A DNA stretch of 64,000 nucleotides from contig DATKZF010000003.1 in NCBI GenBank assembly GCA_035528115.1, forward strand, positions 86,699 to 150,698. The letters are read 5' to 3'. The position numbers were made by a program, and so were the translations under genes. This document shows positions 28,220 through 37,869 of this stretch, piece by piece. This DNA comes from Candidatus Bipolaricaulota bacterium. Lineage in GTDB: Bacteria > Patescibacteriota > Patescibacteriia > UBA11705 > DATKZF01. How positions within the stretch are numbered: the stretch's first letter is position 1; every line of letters starts with the position of its first letter. Under the pieces are notes generated by a model that was not told the origin of the DNA, made no database searches, and was given only the letters and a program-made list of their open reading frames with translations.

Positions 28220-28274
28220 TGAGATTTGTTATCATTACTAAATATAGTATATTCCTATTTGAGAATCATTCAAA
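28220..28274 (-). promoter_or_regulatory. Fur-box-like operators overlapping the regulator's own promoter
   Basis: TGAGATTTGTTATCA (28220) and TGAGAATCATTCAAA (28260) resemble 7-1-7 Fur boxes. Minus strand has TTTGAA-N17-TATACT. Confidence 0.5.
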
Positions 28275-28289
28275 GACTTATCCACAAAT

Positions 28290-28583
28290 TGTTACGAATT
28301 ACAAGACTCCATTTAGCTTCTAGGTTATCTGTTACGAATTACAAGATTCTATTTAGCTTTCAGGTTATCTGTTACGCCTGCCTGCTCCTCGAGTCTGAGC
28401 TCGCCACTCGGCCGTGAGCTCGTGGCCGAACGGGAGTCGAAGACCGGCAGGCAGGAATTACAAGATTCTCAGGCTTAAAGCTGTAAGTGAATGTGATTTG
28501 TAACATCCGTCCGTAGGCCAAATGGAGTCTTGTACTTCGTAACATATATTAATCGGCCTACCAGATGATTGTAATTCGTAACA
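28290..28583. repeat. Converging-unit element, copy C, with a 79-bp nested insert (28377-28455)
   Basis: 3+3 units. The insert splits GTTACG^AATTAC in the innermost 40-bp unit. Confidence 0.9.
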
Positions 28584-28602
28584 TAATCCATAAAGATGTA
28601 AT

Positions 28603-28626
28603 AAAAAAAACTCCGCTTTAGCGGAG
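28603..28626 (-). terminator. Intrinsic terminator
   Basis: CTCCGC-TTTA-GCGGAG preceded by A8. Confidence 0.7.
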
Positions 28627-28644
28627 CATTGCCGTATTGTGGAA

Positions 28645-29202
28645 TTATCTTATGCCCATGCGATACAAAATCAAATTTTTAATATCCTCCAAGCAAACAT
28701 CATCATAAACCGAAGATGTTTCATAAACTTTGACTGAAATGTTTGGTCTGGCCATCGCGGACAGATGCTTAATGGTTTTGCGATGATCATTATCAAAGTA
28801 TTTTTCAGCCATGAAAAAATCAATGGGAGCTTCCGTTCTTTCTAATAAATGTCCCGGTTCCGGAGTATTTTCCGGCCAAAGCGTTCTTTTGTTTTGTTTA
28901 TTTTTGAAAATTATCGGCTGCAAAGAAAATATGCCGGACAACCGAGCGCTTTCCGCCGCTTCCAAAACCGGCACCAAACTCCAACCTTCGGTGATATAAT
29001 ACAATTCTTTGTTTTTCTCGGTTTGTTGACGGTGATAATCATTGAAAGCCTCAATCAGTTCCGACCAACCGCCCGCAGCCATCTTAGACGAGAGATTATC
29101 AAAAACAAAAACATTCAGGCCTTTTTCTTTAAGATCATTGCCCAATTTGACGAATTTTTGATTTGTGCCCCAAATATTCGGCACTATCACCACTTTTCTC
29201 AT
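28645..29202 (-). CDS. Hypothetical protein, possible degenerate alpha/beta-hydrolase fold
   Basis: VVIVPNIWG...LKEKGLNVFVFD pattern, with no clear nucleophile motif. Confidence 0.5.
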   Translation of the reverse strand: MRKVVIVPNIWGTNQKFVKLGNDLKEKGLNVFVFDNLSSKMAAGGWSELIEAFNDYHRQQTEKNKELYYITEGWSLVPVLEAAESARLSGIFSLQPIIFKNKQNKRTLWPENTPEPGHLLERTEAPIDFFMAEKYFDNDHRKTIKHLSAMARPNISVKVYETSSVYDDVCLEDIKNLILYRMGIR

Positions 29203-29341
29203 ATGTTTATATTTTACCAGTAATTATGAAAATATCAATGTTTGCAACCCTTCCAAATATTGATTTATTAATAACATCTGATATCATAGTAGGGTATTTA
29301 AGACTAAAATGGATATTTTGACAAGTCTTGCGGCAAATCAT

Positions 29342-29415
29342 TCGGAGATCGTCTAATGGTAGGACACCAGGTTCTGGCCCTGGCAATCTAGGTTCGATTC
29401 CTAGTCTCCGAGCCA
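29342..29415 (+). tRNA. tRNA-Gln(CTG)
   Basis: Acceptor TCGGAGA/TCTCCGA, anticodon arm CCAGG-TTCTGGC-CCTGG, T-loop GGTTCGATTCC, encoded CCA. Confidence 0.95.
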
Positions 29416-29498
29416 GCCTTCGCTAAAGCTTCGGCTGGCAGGCCAGCCAATCGCCTTTCGGGCTGCGGCTTGTCCGCCGTAGTTTCAACGTAGGCGGG
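29413..29498. repeat. Pair of CCTG-foot REP-like hairpins after tRNA-Gln
   Basis: CCAGCCTTCGCTAAAGCTTCGGCTGGCAGG (29413-29442) and CTTGTCCGCCGTAGTTTCAACGTAGGCGGG (29469-29498), in opposite orientations. Confidence 0.7.
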
Positions 29499-29588
29499 CT
29501 GACAAGCTAATAAAAATTATCCCCAAAAATGGACTTTTCTCAATAAATACGCTATAATGATTCAACGAGATAATTAACTAAAATATTT

Positions 29589-29870
29589 ATGGCAAAAATG
29601 ACAAAGTCTCAAATGTTGACTGCCTTAGCTGAAAAGACGGGCATGTCGAAAAAAGATGTCGCTTCTTTGAGCGAAGCCATGACCATGATGGCTTACGACG
29701 AAGTTAAGAAGAATGGAGAGTTCACCATCCCGGGCATTGGCAAATTGGTAAAGAAACACCGAAAAGAACGAATGGGACGAAACCCGGCTACAGGAGAATC
29801 AATTAAGATCTTGGCAAAGACCGTTCTTAAATTCAGAGTTTCAAAGTCAGCCAAAGACGCGGTACTGTAA
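29589..29870 (+). CDS. hup: HU family DNA-binding protein
   Basis: MTKSQML..IPGIGKL..RKERMGRNPATGESIKI. Promoter TGGACT-N17-TATAAT upstream. Confidence 0.92.
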   Translation: MAKMTKSQMLTALAEKTGMSKKDVASLSEAMTMMAYDEVKKNGEFTIPGIGKLVKKHRKERMGRNPATGESIKILAKTVLKFRVSKSAKDAVL

Positions 29871-29887
29871 AAGCATCCGTCAAGAAT

Positions 29888-29919
29888 AAAAAAGCCGCCT
29901 TAACGGGCGGTCTTTTTTT
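29888..29919. terminator. Bidirectional terminator between hup and dnaX
   Basis: A-run-GCCGCC-n-GGCGGT-C-T7. Confidence 0.75.
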
Positions 29920-29952
29920 ATTAAGAAACTGGAAATTGGGGTGGAGAAAATA

Positions 29953-30010
29953 TTGTTTCATTGTTACGTGATACGTGTTTCGTGTTTCATGATTCATGAT
30001 ACATGTTCTA
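29953..30010. repeat. Degenerate heptamer tandem repeat (TGWTWCR)
   Basis: tgttacg tgatacg tgtttcg tgtttca tgattca tgataca tgttcta. Confidence 0.7.
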
Positions 30011-30014
30011 GGAA

Positions 30015-31706
30015 TCAAGACACAACACTGCCTCCGAACATATCCAGCGCGTCTTTTAAATCATTATCGCCTATTTGAGGCGCCAAAGCCGCGGGTTCAT
30101 TGTCGGAAATCATTGTTTTCATTTCAGCATCCAACTTGGTTTCGATTATGAATTTTTTGCCAAAAGATTCTTTAAACGCCAAACAAACCTTTTCTTTATT
30201 GGCAGGCTCTTCAACTTTTTCCTGCTGGAGCCGAAATGGAAAAGCCAAAGTCACCCTGTTGCCGTCCAGCTTGCACGGCTGACCCATGCCGAGAGACATG
30301 CTTAAGCCGTAATTATCTTTTCGCACCAATTTGATAATTTCCTGCCAGCGCGCTTTCACTTGCGCGAAGGTCAGGCTGGGCTCATAATTCGATGATTCTT
30401 TGGGTTCATTGTTTGATTGTTTGTCATCCGCTTCGGTGGCCGCCAAATCCACGACGGGCGCTGTCGAAGTAGATTCCGGTTCGAACTCAGGCTCCGATAC
30501 CGGCTTTGGTGCGGGACTTGCCGGCTCAATAACCCGCTGAGGCAACGGCGCCGTGCCGGAAGACGCGTCCGGACGAAAATTCTTTCCGAGCGGCGGCTTT
30601 GCCTCCGCTCCGGCGCCACCTTCGCACAACGAGACCGCGGCCAATTCGAGCGGCAACTGTAAAATGTAGCTTTGCCGATATTCTTCCTTTGTTTTCATAA
30701 AAACGTCGATCATTTTAGCCAAAGAAGAGGCTGACACGTTTTTCAATATTTCAACCAATTCCGCCAAGGATTTTTCTTCGGATTCCTGGCTGAGTTCGGC
30801 CAAATCGGACTTTATTTTATAAAGCATGCACTTTCTCAAAAATTCCACAAAATCTCCCGTAAATTGACTGATATCAACGCCGGAGTCAGCCAAATCATTA
30901 ATCAATTCAATGGCGGCTTTGGTGTTTTTTGTGGCCAAATGGGAAAGGAATTCAAACATGGCTTGAAAATTCGACCGCGGCAAAATCAATTCAGCGAGCT
31001 CCAGCGTGATTTTCTTTTCGCCCAAAGAAATCACCTGCTCAAGCAAACTTTCCGCGTCGCGCACGCAACCGTAAGAAAATCTGGAAATTCTTTTCAAAAC
31101 TTCCTCGTCAACAGCCACACCTTCCTGATCGACTATCCATTTGAGCCTGACCAGCAGATCATCCATTTTAATTTTTTTGTAATCGAATCGCTGACAGCGG
31201 GAAATTATGGTCACCGGCACTTTGTGCGCTTCGGTGGTGGCCAAAATGAAAATGACGTGAGCGGGCGGCTCTTCCAAAATTTTCAACAATGCGTTGAAGG
31301 CGCTGATCGAAAGCATGTGCACCTCGTCAATGATGAATATTTTAAATTTCCTTTTGGTCGGCGTAAAGCGCGCGTTGTTGATGATATTTTCTCTGACATT
31401 ATCCACGCCCGTATGAGACGCCGCGTCGATTTCAATAACGTCGAGCGATTTATTTTCCAATATTTCCAAACAAGAATCGCATTGATTGCAGGGCTCGCCG
31501 CGATCTTTTAAATCCAAACAATTGGCCGCCTTGGCCAACAATCTGGCCAAAGTGGTTTTGCCCGTGCCGCGAGGCCCGCAAAAAAGATAAGCGTGCCCGA
31601 TTCGGCCGCTTTCTATTTCATTTTGCAATGTCGTTTTAATGTGATTTTGGCCGGAGATTTGAGAAAAATTCTGCGGCCGGTATTTTCTGTATAAGGCTAC
31701 TGACAT
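30015..31706 (-). CDS. dnaX: DNA polymerase III subunit gamma/tau
   Basis: ALYRKYRPQ, GPRGTGKTT, EIDAASHTGVD, IIDEVHMLS, TIISRCQRF. Start at MSVALY; the longer ORF start lies inside the repeat. Confidence 0.97.
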   Translation of the reverse strand: MSVALYRKYRPQNFSQISGQNHIKTTLQNEIESGRIGHAYLFCGPRGTGKTTLARLLAKAANCLDLKDRGEPCNQCDSCLEILENKSLDVIEIDAASHTGVDNVRENIINNARFTPTKRKFKIFIIDEVHMLSISAFNALLKILEEPPAHVIFILATTEAHKVPVTIISRCQRFDYKKIKMDDLLVRLKWIVDQEGVAVDEEVLKRISRFSYGCVRDAESLLEQVISLGEKKITLELAELILPRSNFQAMFEFLSHLATKNTKAAIELINDLADSGVDISQFTGDFVEFLRKCMLYKIKSDLAELSQESEEKSLAELVEILKNVSASSLAKMIDVFMKTKEEYRQSYILQLPLELAAVSLCEGGAGAEAKPPLGKNFRPDASSGTAPLPQRVIEPASPAPKPVSEPEFEPESTSTAPVVDLAATEADDKQSNNEPKESSNYEPSLTFAQVKARWQEIIKLVRKDNYGLSMSLGMGQPCKLDGNRVTLAFPFRLQQEKVEEPANKEKVCLAFKESFGKKFIIETKLDAEMKTMISDNEPAALAPQIGDNDLKDALDMFGGSVVS

Positions 31707-31714
31707 AGTAGATT

Positions 31715-32008
31715 TGTTACGAATTACAATCATCTGATAGGCCTATTAATATATGTTACGAAGTACAAGATTCCATTTGGCCTACGGACGGATGTTACAA
31801 ATTACATTCATCCATAGCTTTATGCCTAAGAATCTCGTAATACGTAACAAATTTCCTAAAAGCTAAATGGACTCTTGTAATTCCTGCCTGCCGGTCTTCG
31901 ACTCCCGTTCGGCCACGAGCTCACGGCCGAGTGGCGAGCTCAGACTCGAGGAGCAGGCAGGCGTAACAGATAACCTGAAAAATTAATAGAATATTGTAAT
32001 TCGTAACA
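31715..32008. repeat. Converging-unit element, copy D, with the same 79-bp insert (31883-31961); inverted relative to copy C
   Basis: 3+3 units. The insert is the reverse complement of 28377-28455 but lies in the middle 40-bp unit. Confidence 0.9.
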
Positions 32009-32055
32009 ACTCTTCATGCTACGTGCATTTTATCAAACCAAACGGAAATAGCAAA

Positions 32056-33210
32056 TCAACGATTTTTCACGAATTTATCAATAATTTTTCGGCATCTGAC
32101 TTTCCAATCATATTGCTTGGCCAGCTCAAAGGCTTTGGAGGCCATCAGAGCCGATTTTTGAGCGTTATTGGCCGCTTCAAGGATAAATCCGCTTAATTGT
32201 TCAATATTATTCGGCGAGGCCAAAAACGCGCTTTCTCCATGCTTAACCACCTTTTCAATCACCGGCAAAGCCGTGGACACGATCGGCCGCCTTGAGGCCA
32301 TGAATTCAAACAGCTTTAAGGGCGAAGTCGAATTGATGTCCATTACCTTAAAATCAACTCGCGTGTCATACGGCATGATTAAAACATCAGCCGCTTTCAA
32401 ATATTTCGGCACGTCTGTTTGCGGCGCGAAGCCGGCGAAAACAACATTGCCGATATTTTCTTTGGCGCAATATTTTTTCCATTCCCCAATCTGATTTTTA
32501 TTGCCGCCGACCAAAACAAAATCAATATTTTTGTCATGAAGCTTTTGCGCGGCCAATAATATTTGCTCAATGCCTTTTTCTTTGTAAAGTCCGCCGACAT
32601 ACACCGCCAGTTTTTTATCAGCCGGCAAATTCAATTCTTTTCGCCAAAAAAAACGGTCGTCATTTATATTGAAAAGATCCAGATCCACACCGTCTTCAGC
32701 CACTAAAATTTTCTCTTCGGGCACGCCCGCATTTTCGTACAATTTTTTCAAATTTTTGTGAATGGTCACTATGCCCAAAAAATTTTTGTCATTAGCGACT
32801 GAAAATACTTTTTTCAAATCATCCCCGACCTCTTTAGTGTGCGTCTCCATGATGGTAGGCAAGCCTTCTTTAACGCAATAATAAGGAGTCAAATAACTGC
32901 GGCAATAAACGAAATCAGGATTTTGCGATTTTATGTATTTGGCCGCTTTTTGACTAAACTTTTCGTTGCCAATCGTTTTCGCTAAAAAATCAAAACCAAA
33001 AGTCATCAAAAATTTCAATTTGATTTTCGGCGACAACCCGTAATATCTTCTGAAGTCGCCGACTTTGATTTTATAAAGCCAATTTCTAAAACTTGAAAAA
33101 CTCACCAATTCCACCTTTTCGCCCGCGCGAAAAAATCCCTGAGCCATTTTGGTCACGTTAAAGCTGTGCGCGAATTTCGATGGAATGTTGCCGTCGGTAG
33201 TGATTATCAT
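32056..33210 (-). CDS. Glycosyltransferase family 4
   Basis: YVGGLYKEKGIE, TSPLKLFEFMASRRPIV. ATGA overlap with the asnB stop. Confidence 0.9.
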   Translation of the reverse strand: MIITTDGNIPSKFAHSFNVTKMAQGFFRAGEKVELVSFSSFRNWLYKIKVGDFRRYYGLSPKIKLKFLMTFGFDFLAKTIGNEKFSQKAAKYIKSQNPDFVYCRSYLTPYYCVKEGLPTIMETHTKEVGDDLKKVFSVANDKNFLGIVTIHKNLKKLYENAGVPEEKILVAEDGVDLDLFNINDDRFFWRKELNLPADKKLAVYVGGLYKEKGIEQILLAAQKLHDKNIDFVLVGGNKNQIGEWKKYCAKENIGNVVFAGFAPQTDVPKYLKAADVLIMPYDTRVDFKVMDINSTSPLKLFEFMASRRPIVSTALPVIEKVVKHGESAFLASPNNIEQLSGFILEAANNAQKSALMASKAFELAKQYDWKVRCRKIIDKFVKNR

Positions 33211-34991
33211 ATGAACCATTTTTGATGCCATTTTTCAAAGATATAAGCCATCCAGAGCATGCCGGCGCTGTTTTCGTATTTATTATCGATCAAATCTTTA
33301 ATAAAATCTTTTTGAATCAAGCCGCTTTTAACCGCTTGCCCGTCCAAAACGGTCCGGCCGACTCGAGCGTAAAACGGCCAGCTGGTAATCGGCGCGGAAA
33401 AGCCTTTTTTCTTTTTTTTCAAAATTGAGATTGGTAACTTGTCTTTCATTATTTTTTTCAACACCGGTTTGCCGGAGCTGTTTTGCGGAAAAACATCCTC
33501 GGGCAGGCTCAAGACCGCTTCAACCAAGCGATGATCGAGAAGCGGCACGCGAACCTCGAGCGAATGAGCCATGCTGGCGCGATCGACTTTGGTTAAAATA
33601 TCGTCGACTAAAAATGTGTTGATATCCAAATATTGCAAGCGCCGAACGTTTTTAAAACCTTGATTGAAATATTTTTCAAACAAACTTTGATCCGCGGATT
33701 TTACCTTTTGATAAATTTGCGGTGAGAAAAATTTTTCAAATTTATCTTCGTCAAAGCGATTGAGCAACAGTTTATTGTAATAATTCTCGAAATTTCCATC
33801 AATTGTTTTTTTGAATCCGAAAATAGATTTTATTTTCTCAATTTTCAAATCCCGCAAATATCGATCGTACCAACGGTAGCCGGAGAAAACTTCGTCCCCG
33901 CCGTCTCCGGAGAGCGCCACTTTGACATGCTCGGCCGTCATTTGCGACAGCAAAAAAGTCGGAATATCCGAGCTATCCGCGTGAGGCTCATCGAAAAAGA
34001 AGGCGAGCTTGTCGCCCAAATCATCGTCGACATTGTCAATGATTTTAGTGATATGCTCCGTGCCCAAAAACTCGGCCGCGATCTTTGAATCCGCTAATTC
34101 GCTGTATTCTTCGGGAACAAAACCGATGGAAAAAGATTTGATTTTATTGTGCCGTTTGGACGCGAAATACGCGATCGAGCTCGAATCAATGCCGCCGCTC
34201 AAAAAAGCTCCGACTTCCACGTCGCTGATCAAGCGTTTGTCCACCGCATCCTTCATCAATGATTCTATTTGCTCCAAATTCGACTTTGGAAAACTAGAAA
34301 TCCTGTCCGCCAAATCGTAATACCTTTTCGTTTTCAAACTAAAATCATTCAAATTTAAAAGCCCAAAATGCCCGGGCAAAAGTTTGAAAATGCCTTTCCA
34401 AATCGTTCTTGGCGCCGGAATGTATCTATATTTGAAATAATCGCCCAGCGCTCCAAAGTCAATCTCCTTTTTGAACGCCGGATGCTCCATCAGAGCCTTT
34501 AATTCCGAAGCGAACACAAAATCTCCATTGGACAAAAAGCCGTAATGAAAAGGCTTGATGCCGAATCTGTCGCGCGCGAAAAACAGCAGATTTTTTTCCG
34601 AATCAAATATTGTAAAAGCGAACATGCCGATGAATTTTTCCAAACAGCTTTCGCCGTATTTTCGATACGCCGCCAAAATCACTTCAGTGTCCGTATCGCT
34701 TTGAAAATCTTGGCCGGATTTTTTCAGCTCGTCTCTTATTTCCTTAAAATTGTAAATCTCGCCGTTAAAAGTGATCCAAACCTTTTTGTCAGCGGAGCTC
34801 ATGGGCTGATGGCCGGCTGATGACAAATCCAAAATGGACAATCGCCGATGCGCCAGCCCGACTTTTTTTTCGTCGTCAATAAAAACGCCGGCGTCATCGG
34901 GCCCGCGATGCGAAAGAGCGTCTCTCATTTTAATCAAGACGCCTTCATTGACCGAATTATTTTTTGAAATGTAGCCGGCAATGCCGCACAT
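33207..34991 (-). CDS. asnB: Asparagine synthase (glutamine-hydrolysing) family amidotransferase
   Basis: MCGIAG, HRGPDD, FNGEIYNF, FLSGGIDSS, LSGDGGDE, EVRVPLLD. Confidence 0.95.
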   Translation of the reverse strand: MCGIAGYISKNNSVNEGVLIKMRDALSHRGPDDAGVFIDDEKKVGLAHRRLSILDLSSAGHQPMSSADKKVWITFNGEIYNFKEIRDELKKSGQDFQSDTDTEVILAAYRKYGESCLEKFIGMFAFTIFDSEKNLLFFARDRFGIKPFHYGFLSNGDFVFASELKALMEHPAFKKEIDFGALGDYFKYRYIPAPRTIWKGIFKLLPGHFGLLNLNDFSLKTKRYYDLADRISSFPKSNLEQIESLMKDAVDKRLISDVEVGAFLSGGIDSSSIAYFASKRHNKIKSFSIGFVPEEYSELADSKIAAEFLGTEHITKIIDNVDDDLGDKLAFFFDEPHADSSDIPTFLLSQMTAEHVKVALSGDGGDEVFSGYRWYDRYLRDLKIEKIKSIFGFKKTIDGNFENYYNKLLLNRFDEDKFEKFFSPQIYQKVKSADQSLFEKYFNQGFKNVRRLQYLDINTFLVDDILTKVDRASMAHSLEVRVPLLDHRLVEAVLSLPEDVFPQNSSGKPVLKKIMKDKLPISILKKKKKGFSAPITSWPFYARVGRTVLDGQAVKSGLIQKDFIKDLIDNKYENSAGMLWMAYIFEKWHQKWFI

Positions 34992-34995
34992 ATTG

Positions 34996-36132
34996 TCAAT
35001 TTATTTTTTTGCCTTTAACCGTTAAAGCCTCTGGCTTTGTAATAAAGGAATGCCACTTCTTGCCCCTTTTATCAGTTTGAACAACCTCAAAACCTTGCTC
35101 CTCATACCACCCCTCTACTTCATAAAAAGTGTGATGAGTGGCAATCTGAGCTGAATACCAGTCAAACATATGGATTGTAGTCGGTAAAACCTCAATAAAA
35201 TGAAACCAATATTTCCAAGTACCTTTATTTTTAAGCCTTTTCCCCCAATTGGCCATCCTTTTTGCAAACTTCATATTTTTTTCAATTGACATTCTGGTTG
35301 TGAAAAATCTAATAGAGTGATCAACTGCTTCAAAAACAATATTTCTCTTGTGATAAAGATGAGCGACAAATACTCCATCTTTTTTGACATGTTTACAAAT
35401 GGAAAAAAAAGCTTTTTTGGCATCGCCCGTATGCATTAGAACTCCGTTTGAAAAAGCCGTATCGAAAATTTCTTTTTTAAATGGCAATTTGAACAAATCG
35501 CCCTGGATCAAATAAACGTTTCGATTGTTTTTCAAATGCTTATAAGCCGATTTTACGCCATAGCCCAAATCGACTCCAATCACGGTCACCCCGCCCCGCG
35601 CCGCTTCATTGGAGAACCTGCCGTTGCCGCAACCCGCGTCCAAAATCACTTTTCCGTCTGATAAATCATTTTTAGTCAATAAGCATTTGTTGGCAAAAGC
35701 CCGACCGGTATTGGATACCAAGCCGCCCAAAAAATCCAAATTCTTGTCCGCGTCGCTGACGCTCTCATCAGGAATCCAGCCCCAGTCTTTGAAATAATCC
35801 CATTCGTGGCCGAAATATTTGGAAGTATTTTCCTGAAGCTCGGCCAAGTCGTTTTCTCCGGCTGATTTTTTATTTTCAGCAGCGCTCAATTCAGCCAAAT
35901 ATTTATCTCGATCAAAATATTTTTTCAAAAACTCGCGATAATCTTCGTCAAAGCGAAGCAAAGACGGTTCCACGAACCTGGGCAAGCCGGCCACGATCAA
36001 ATGCGTGTCGTTGCATCGGTCGCACTTAATCAGCCCGGCGATTATTTCATCATTTTCTTGCTTGAAAACAATCGGCGTAAAATCTGATCCGCAATGACGG
36101 CATTGTAAATATTTCAACAATTCTTGACGCAT
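34996..36132 (-). CDS. Trm112-like Zn-finger fused to a class I SAM methyltransferase
   Basis: LQCRHC..IKCDRC..GLPRF N-terminus; ILDAGCGNGRF; SNGVLMHT. Confidence 0.85.
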   Translation of the reverse strand: MRQELLKYLQCRHCGSDFTPIVFKQENDEIIAGLIKCDRCNDTHLIVAGLPRFVEPSLLRFDEDYREFLKKYFDRDKYLAELSAAENKKSAGENDLAELQENTSKYFGHEWDYFKDWGWIPDESVSDADKNLDFLGGLVSNTGRAFANKCLLTKNDLSDGKVILDAGCGNGRFSNEAARGGVTVIGVDLGYGVKSAYKHLKNNRNVYLIQGDLFKLPFKKEIFDTAFSNGVLMHTGDAKKAFFSICKHVKKDGVFVAHLYHKRNIVFEAVDHSIRFFTTRMSIEKNMKFAKRMANWGKRLKNKGTWKYWFHFIEVLPTTIHMFDWYSAQIATHHTFYEVEGWYEEQGFEVVQTDKRGKKWHSFITKPEALTVKGKKIN

Positions 36133-36137
36133 AAATT

Positions 36138-37217
36138 TTAATTTGTTTTTTTATAACTCTGACAATTAGCGCATTCTTTGTCCGGATAAATTCCGTTCAT
36201 CAAATCTTTTCTTATTTTCACGAAACGCTCATTATTCCATAAATCCATGATATTGTCGTAATCAAACATGTAGCCGAGACTGGACAAATCGCCCAAAACC
36301 ACGGCATTGCAACCGCCGATAATCACGTTTTCACCGTATCTTTTCGGATCATTGCCTTTGACCGGCCAGGTCTGAAAACGCGTCCAAAACGAGCCGCAGC
36401 GACCTTCCTTTTTATCAAAAGGCAAAGGAATCAAGACTTTGACGCCCTTTTCTTTGCCGTAAGCTTTGGCGGCGCTCAAAGCCTCGGTTATTTCAACATC
36501 GCCGCTCAAATACACGGAATCTTTGGACGTTAACTCATTGAAGCCGTGCGGATGCAAATTGACGATTTCAAGCATGGTGTTTATTTTTCGCTTGGCGAAT
36601 TCATCAATTAAGTCGTTTAGCTTAAGATAATTATGCTTGGTGATAATCAAATGAGATTTGAATTTAATCTTTGAATTCTTGCTCAAATACTCCATGGAGT
36701 CCATTAAATATTTAAAGTCGCTGCCTTTCTTCAATTGCTCATGCTGGGCCGGATCGCCTGACAAAATATCGGTGGTGATGTAGGAAATGTATTTTTTGCG
36801 TTTTAAAATTTCATCGAGATAATTTTTCATTTCAAATATTTCCTTGAAAAAATCGGTTTGCAATGAAACTTCGCCGTAAACATAAATCACGTAATCAATC
36901 ATTTTCAAAATATCATTGCACAAAAAAGGCTCGCCACCGGCGGTCAGATGAACATGCGGCACATTGCTTTGATAGCACATGTCCACCATTTTTTTAAAAT
37001 CTTCCATGGACAAAGTGAACGGCAATTTATAAACATTGCTTATTTGCGCCGCGTCCGGGCAATGATAAGCGCAAAAAGCGCATTGAAAAGAGCAAGCGCC
37101 GCCCATGACGCCGATCGAGACATGCCGCGGCGGGTATGATACAACCGCTTTTTTATAAAATTCTTTCTTATACTTTAAATAATTTTTAGAATTTTTAATT
37201 CTACTTAATAATCTCAT
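36138..37217 (-). CDS. Radical SAM protein with SPASM/Twitch domain
   Basis: CSFQCAFC, GGEPFL, C-terminal C..C..DLWNN..CANC. Confidence 0.88.
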   Translation of the reverse strand: MRLLSRIKNSKNYLKYKKEFYKKAVVSYPPRHVSIGVMGGACSFQCAFCAYHCPDAAQISNVYKLPFTLSMEDFKKMVDMCYQSNVPHVHLTAGGEPFLCNDILKMIDYVIYVYGEVSLQTDFFKEIFEMKNYLDEILKRKKYISYITTDILSGDPAQHEQLKKGSDFKYLMDSMEYLSKNSKIKFKSHLIITKHNYLKLNDLIDEFAKRKINTMLEIVNLHPHGFNELTSKDSVYLSGDVEITEALSAAKAYGKEKGVKVLIPLPFDKKEGRCGSFWTRFQTWPVKGNDPKRYGENVIIGGCNAVVLGDLSSLGYMFDYDNIMDLWNNERFVKIRKDLMNGIYPDKECANCQSYKKTN

Positions 37218-37223
37218 AAATAA

Positions 37224-37865
37224 TTATTTTTTACATATTCCGATTACTTTATCCGCAAAGCAAATCAATTGATTTCTATGATTGTTAATCCATTTAATCT
37301 TGTTTTCCAAAAGAATATATGTCGGATTCAGTTCAACCGTCGGGAAAATCTTTTTCAAGTCGTTCTCCAGCCTATTATAATATAATTTATTGACATGCGT
37401 CGGGTCATCAAAAAAATAATATTTAAACTGTCCTGTCTTAAAGGCTTTTGCAATGTCATAAAATCTTTTTGCGGGATAATTTGGTGTGCCGATTATCAAT
37501 GTTCCGCCGCCTTTTAACACCCGGTGAAATTCCCGTAAATATCCGTGATACTGGGCTTTCGGAATGTGTTCAATGACATTTGAAGTAAAAATATAATCAA
37601 AAAAATCATTTTCAAAGGGAATCTCGGGACGATTCGGATCCGCCTCGTAACAATTATACCCCTTTCTTTCTAACTCTTTCAACGCATCTTTATCAATTTC
37701 CATTCCATATAAATTTTTTTTCTCGAAATATTTGGAAAAAACATCCAGATATCGGCCATAGCCCGCTCCGAAATCCAATAAAATCGAGCCGGCATGGCAT
37801 GAAATCTTTTCCATTATTTTTTTTTCATATTCATCAGGAATGGGCTGTTCCCAGATTTTTGTCAT
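37224..37865 (-). CDS. Class I SAM methyltransferase
   Basis: LLDFGAGYG, SNVIEHI, RVLKGGG..TPN, DPTH. Confidence 0.88.
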   Translation of the reverse strand: MTKIWEQPIPDEYEKKIMEKISCHAGSILLDFGAGYGRYLDVFSKYFEKKNLYGMEIDKDALKELERKGYNCYEADPNRPEIPFENDFFDYIFTSNVIEHIPKAQYHGYLREFHRVLKGGGTLIIGTPNYPAKRFYDIAKAFKTGQFKYYFFDDPTHVNKLYYNRLENDLKKIFPTVELNPTYILLENKIKWINNHRNQLICFADKVIGICKK

Positions 37866-37869
37866 AAAA

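Noticed and set aside
28495-28545. ECF promoters inside the converging-array elements (TGTAAC resembles the -35)
   Set aside because: No CGAC-type -10 at 16-bp spacing in the units I checked.
30015-31706. Programmed frameshift producing the gamma subunit of DnaX
   Set aside because: No convincing slippery run with a nearby stop was seen around the linker region.
33207-37217. Lasso peptide or radical-SAM RiPP cluster
   Set aside because: AsnB has an intact N-terminal Cys glutaminase domain, no precursor peptide or RRE/peptidase is seen, and the context is GTs and a flippase.
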